A stretch of DNA of 32,569 nucleotides from the IMG/VR virus record IMGVR_UViG_3300045988_173836, positions 1 to 32,569 of that record, one strand, 5' to 3'. Shown one piece after another: positions 29,649-32,569 of the stretch. The first letter of the stretch is position 1. Every line of letters starts with the position of its first letter. A program made the position numbers and the translations under genes. The stretch comes from a virus. Below the pieces are notes generated by a model, which saw only the letters and a list, made by a program, of their open reading frames with translations, was not told where the DNA came from and did no database searches.

Positions 29649-29837
29649 CTAATAAATCACTCTCGTTTTATACGTCGGGTTTTCCTTCAATACTTCTCGC
29701 CACGTCTTGCCGACTTTCAAACAGTACTCATATACTTCGTCGGGGTTTCCGTGAAACTTGGTCATCAATATCTCGTTGCCCATAACTTCCATAAGCGGTA
29801 TAGGCTCACCAAACTGCTTCATATACTCTTCTATCAT
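29649..29837 (-). CDS. Hypothetical protein (62 aa)
   Basis: The track ORF 29649..29963 is trimmed to the ATG at 29837, which forms an ATGA overlap with the metalloprotease stop. Starts MIEEYMKQFGEPIPL. Confidence 0.55.
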   Translation of the reverse strand: MIEEYMKQFGEPIPLMEVMGNEILMTKFHGNPDEVYEYCLKVGKTWREVLKENPTYKTRVIY

Positions 29838-31033
29838 TTCAGTATTTCCCCCATTTTTGCGTATTGCTCCGAAAAGATTTTGTAGGTTCTCGGCATATAT
29901 TTCCGGTACGCTTCTTCGCCTTTCTTGTCTTTCATCATCTTTATTGCTACAAATTCCGCCCACGCTTCTACGCCGTTTGTCGTTTTCCGCGAGTATGTTG
30001 CGGAGTGTGCGCTGAATCCGTGCTTGTAACTGTCGTATCTTCCGCTTGTAGCAATGGATATACTGTCGGATAAAAATGACATTCTATGAAAATTTGCTTT
30101 GCCTGCCATTATTTCCTCGTCGCCGTATTCGTTCCACAAACGTACTCTTTCTTCGTTCTTCGCTTTTCCTTTGTCCGTCCATTCTTTTGCTTTTGCTTGC
30201 GCTTTTTCTTCTTCATAATACTGTCGGAGCAACTCCAAATTTTCTTGATATGTTTTATCGTAGTCAAATTCGGTCGGTTTCGATAAGTTGTAGAAGTCTT
30301 TGTTCGCTATTTTGCCCAAACGTTCCCACACGTCTTTACCGTCTCCGATAAAATCTTTTATATCGTCCGACACAGCCTCCGACAAATTCGGTATATTTAC
30401 CGTAAAGTCCCAATTAAAATTGATTGCGCCACTCGGTGCGCCTTGCTTTTTCCACAGCATATGCCCCAAAAAGTGTCCGTATTCGTGGAAAAATGTTTCG
30501 GCGGGAAAACTATAACCCAACTCTTTGTCATACTCGCTCGCACTGTCTTTTGCTGGTATATGAATTACGTTAATTCCCGGATAGAAAACACCGCTCCCAT
30601 TTTTCATTTGTGTTAAATTGTCAACAGTCGCCGAAAACGCCGTAATCTCGTTATCATCAAGGTTTTCAAGCGCATTTTCTAATGCTTCCTGATATTCCTT
30701 TGAGAAACGCCCTTTGAGTTTTCCGCGCAACTTTTTGCCGATTTCAACAGCAGTTTGCTGTCTTTGCTCGTCATCGGACTTGTCCTTGTCCTCACCGTTA
30801 TCTTCGTCGGAGTATTGTCCCTCGCCCTTTTCCGTCCACGGTGGATACATCCCCTTATGTTCTTTTAACGCGTTCCACGCCATTCGCGGTGTAGCGTTTT
30901 CGGGCAACGGTATCCCGTATTTCGCGCACAAGCCAAACGGCAAACCCAAATTACCGTGCTTATCGCTTTTACTGTCGTCGTCCTGATTTTCGTCGCCGCC
31001 CTCATTTGGCGCAACATCTTTCTTATAAGCCAT
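29834..31033 (-). CDS. Putative zinc metalloprotease (HExxH; anthrax-lethal-factor-like/ATLF-type zincin), acidic N-terminal region
   Basis: FFHEYGHFLGHML (HExxH), plus downstream TTNGVEAWAEFVAIKM resembling the TNEAEFFAEAF third-ligand segment of the LF family (from memory). Start at the ATG at 31033 after GAGGTG. It is the first gene of the late operon. Confidence 0.6.
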   Translation of the reverse strand: MAYKKDVAPNEGGDENQDDDSKSDKHGNLGLPFGLCAKYGIPLPENATPRMAWNALKEHKGMYPPWTEKGEGQYSDEDNGEDKDKSDDEQRQQTAVEIGKKLRGKLKGRFSKEYQEALENALENLDDNEITAFSATVDNLTQMKNGSGVFYPGINVIHIPAKDSASEYDKELGYSFPAETFFHEYGHFLGHMLWKKQGAPSGAINFNWDFTVNIPNLSEAVSDDIKDFIGDGKDVWERLGKIANKDFYNLSKPTEFDYDKTYQENLELLRQYYEEEKAQAKAKEWTDKGKAKNEERVRLWNEYGDEEIMAGKANFHRMSFLSDSISIATSGRYDSYKHGFSAHSATYSRKTTNGVEAWAEFVAIKMMKDKKGEEAYRKYMPRTYKIFSEQYAKMGEILK

Positions 31034-31074
31034 AATCACCTCGCGCCCACGGTGGGGCTTGTTTTAGTAATGGT

Positions 31075-31099
31075 GCGGCGTTTTTGCACGGAACGCCGC
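31075..31099 (-). promoter_or_regulatory. Perfect 8-bp inverted repeat (GCGGCGTT-9 nt-AACGCCGC) in the late-operon leader
   Basis: Read directly. It lies about 40-65 nt upstream of the late-operon start codon. No U-run follows. Confidence 0.4.
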
Positions 31100-31204
31100 A
31101 AACCGCTTTTGAGGAAGTGTTTCAAGAATAGCGACAGGGACAGCCAAGTTTGCACAAGACCGGAGAGAATTGTTAGAGGGAGAAACGGCGCGCAGGCAAA
31201 AAAC

Positions 31205-31236
31205 GGTAAAAAAGAACGCACCGTAATCGGCACGTC
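31205..31236 (-). terminator. Rho-independent terminator after the late-regulator gene
   Basis: The minus strand reads CGTGCCG atta CGGTGCG TTCTTTTTTaccgTTTTTTg, a 7-bp stem (two G.U) with two U-runs, about 40 nt after the stop at 31273. Confidence 0.6.
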
Positions 31237-31272
31237 CTTTGTCGCTACTTTTGATATTATCATTTTACTACA

Positions 31273-31698
31273 CTAATTGTGCCTTTTTGTGTCTATTTTA
31301 GCGTATTGTTCAACGCCTTTGTCGTGAACCTTGTAAAGGTATCTGCGCTCATAGTGCATAAGTTGTGCGATTACCTTTATCGGCTCGCCGCTTACGTATC
31401 GCCGCGCCAAAACCTCGCAGTACGGGTAAGGTAGTACTTCGATTTTTGTCACGATTTCAGCCTTTAACGCTTCCAATCTTGGAATGTCTCGCAATAGTTG
31501 CTCTTCGATTTCTTTCAGACTGTCCAAACACCGCTCCACCCTGTCTTTGTCTGTCGAGCCGACACTTTCGCCATAACGGGCAATTCTCACGCTTTGCGTA
31601 CTATTTCGCAAAGACAGCAAACGCCGCTTACGCTCGTTTATACGGCTTTGTAGGGCGCGTATTGATTGCAATTCCGCTTTTGCTTCGTCAATTGTCAC
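31273..31698 (-). CDS. Late-gene transcriptional regulator, DUF1492 / RinA-ArpU-like (sigma70 region-4-like C-terminus)
   Basis: The architecture matches DUF1492 phage regulators: N-terminal helix AKAELQSIRALQSRINERKRRLLSLR, central DSLKEIEEQLLRDIPRLEALKAEI, C-terminal HTH YCEVLARRYVSGEPIKVIAQLMHYERRYLYKVHDKGVEQY. It lies immediately upstream of the packaging genes. GTG start after GAGGT. Confidence 0.6.
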   Translation of the reverse strand: MTIDEAKAELQSIRALQSRINERKRRLLSLRNSTQSVRIARYGESVGSTDKDRVERCLDSLKEIEEQLLRDIPRLEALKAEIVTKIEVLPYPYCEVLARRYVSGEPIKVIAQLMHYERRYLYKVHDKGVEQYAKIDTKRHN

Positions 31699-31996
31699 CG
31701 CGTATTACCTCGACTAAGTAATTTTGCGCCGCGGTGATTTCTTGGCGACCGCTTTCGTAAGTTATAGTTAGCAACGTGCCGTTGTGCGTCCATTTCACTG
31801 CAACTACCGTGTCGGGTGAACGCCAGCCGTTATACGTGTATGACTGCACTTTGATTGTTGTGTGTTCGTCGGATTTGATTTCGTATGCGTTCTCAACTAC
31901 TGCCGTTGCCGTTGCGCTTTGATAGCAGGCGGCAAGCACCACTGCCGCGACCAACATCAACAAAATCAAACAACTAATCGCCGCTCTTTTCTTCAT
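31688..31996 (-). CDS. Lipoprotein (102 aa)
   Basis: The signal peptide MKKRAAISCLILLMLVAAVVLAAC has a lipobox (L-A-A-C). AAGGAGGA RBS. Confidence 0.7.
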   Translation of the reverse strand: MKKRAAISCLILLMLVAAVVLAACYQSATATAVVENAYEIKSDEHTTIKVQSYTYNGWRSPDTVVAVKWTHNGTLLTITYESGRQEITAAQNYLVEVIRGDN

Positions 31997-32246
31997 TGTT
32001 TTCGTCCTCCTTTTTGATTTCTGCCAGCACTTGGTCGATAAGTGCGGTTATTTCTTCTTGCACTTCCTCAACGGGTATACCGTCGTTTATCAAATGTTGC
32101 CTGAACGCCAACAGCACGATTTTGAGGTCTTGCTCGCGATGTAAAGCAAGTTGTTCCAACCGCCCGCACCGGGCGGTCAACATTCTTGTCTTTATGCTCA
32201 TTTGCGCGTTTTCGTTCTTCATTGTTTCCGATTTTGACTTGTTCAT
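31974..32246 (-). CDS. Hypothetical coiled-coil protein (90 aa)
   Basis: Trimmed to the ATG at 32246 (ATGA overlap with the upstream stop). Charged and helical. Confidence 0.5.
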   Translation of the reverse strand: MNKSKSETMKNENAQMSIKTRMLTARCGRLEQLALHREQDLKIVLLAFRQHLINDGIPVEEVQEEITALIDQVLAEIKKEDENNEEKSGD

Positions 32247-32446
32247 TTCGTCTCTCCTTTGTTTCCTTTCTTTTGGCACCTGCCGTGTTTCTTAAACTTT
32301 CTTTCGCGCTCTTCCACTTCTGCTACGCTGTACATAAACGCGCCGTCGTCAGCAAAGTAACGCGTAAGTTTCCCCGCCGACATCAGGCGGTATATCCACT
32401 GTTGGCGCGAACGTTCCTCGCGCCGGACTTCTTTTAGTTCAATCAT
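32243..32446 (-). CDS. Small DNA-binding protein, excisionase/MerR-like HTH (67 aa)
   Basis: QQWIYRLMSAGKLTRYFADDGAFMYSVAEVEE resembles HTH_17-type domains. Basic tail. The AAGGAGA RBS lies inside the terminal repeat. Confidence 0.45.
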   Translation of the reverse strand: MIELKEVRREERSRQQWIYRLMSAGKLTRYFADDGAFMYSVAEVEERERKFKKHGRCQKKGNKGETK

Positions 32447-32450
32447 AATC

Positions 32451-32569
32451 AGTTCTCCTTATGTTCTTGTTGTAACCATTTTGCCGTACCGTCAATACAG
32501 CAGTTTTAGTCAAACGAAACGATGCCGCTAAGGTTGTCACAAAACCCTTGTTCGGGGTTATGCGCACAC
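32451..32569. repeat. Terminal direct repeat, copy 2 (exact duplicate of 1..119)
   Basis: See copy 1. Confidence 0.95.

Noticed and set aside
31036-31263. A 75-aa minus-strand ORF filling the gap between the late regulator and the late operon.
   Set aside because: It has no SD before its ATG. It runs straight through the terminator hairpin, both U-runs and the 8-bp inverted repeat. Its composition (Leu/Phe/Ser/Thr/Arg-rich) looks like translated regulatory DNA. A small membrane peptide cannot be fully excluded. I also looked for a tRNA cloverleaf in this gap and saw none.
1-32569. A search for a lysogeny module (integrase, CI-type repressor, att-like repeats), tRNAs, a reverse transcriptase/DGR, toxin-antitoxin pairs or a CRISPR array.
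   Set aside because: No translation shows tyrosine or serine recombinase, RT or other such hallmarks. The only HTH proteins are small (58, 67 and 74 aa) and co-oriented with the lytic genes. Absence is judged by eye only and should be confirmed with profile searches and tRNAscan.

Overview
The window is a complete, circularly closed tailed dsDNA phage genome. Bases 1..119 are identical to 32451..32569, which gives a unit length of 32,450 bp. Every credible gene (about 60) is on the minus strand. Genes are tightly packed, with GGAGG-type ribosome-binding sites and many ATGA/TAATG/GTGA start-stop overlaps. TGA is used as a stop, so this is bacterial code 11. The modules resemble phages of Firmicutes, but the host cannot be determined from the sequence.

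Order in the direction of transcription (descending coordinates):
- a perfect sigma70-type early promoter (11681..11709);
- small ORFs and a 58-aa XRE HTH;
- a recombination module (ERF annealase, PD-(D/E)XK nuclease, NinB-like, wHTH, HNH, SSB, GIY-YIG);
- a second perfect promoter that fires into a terminator-like leader hairpin;
- a DnaD-like replisome organizer with origin-like iterons embedded in the gene;
- a Dcm-type C5 methyltransferase whose frame is broken at two G9 tracts that bracket its TRD core;
- a third perfect promoter;
- about 15 small, often Cys-rich ORFs, including a gene built on a perfect 18-bp tandem array;
- across the circular junction, an HTH protein, a lipoprotein and a DUF1492/RinA-like late regulator;
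- a terminator;
- the late operon: HExxH metalloprotease, TerS, TerL, portal, MuF-like protein, scaffold, MCP, connectors, an unusually compact tail module, a 980-aa collagen-motif fibre with a low-GC C-terminal cassette, and three multi-TM proteins;
- a strong terminator (11755..11788).

I saw no integrase, CI-type repressor, tRNA, CRISPR array, DNA polymerase or helicase, and no recognisable endolysin. All functional calls rest on motifs read by eye. No database search was possible.
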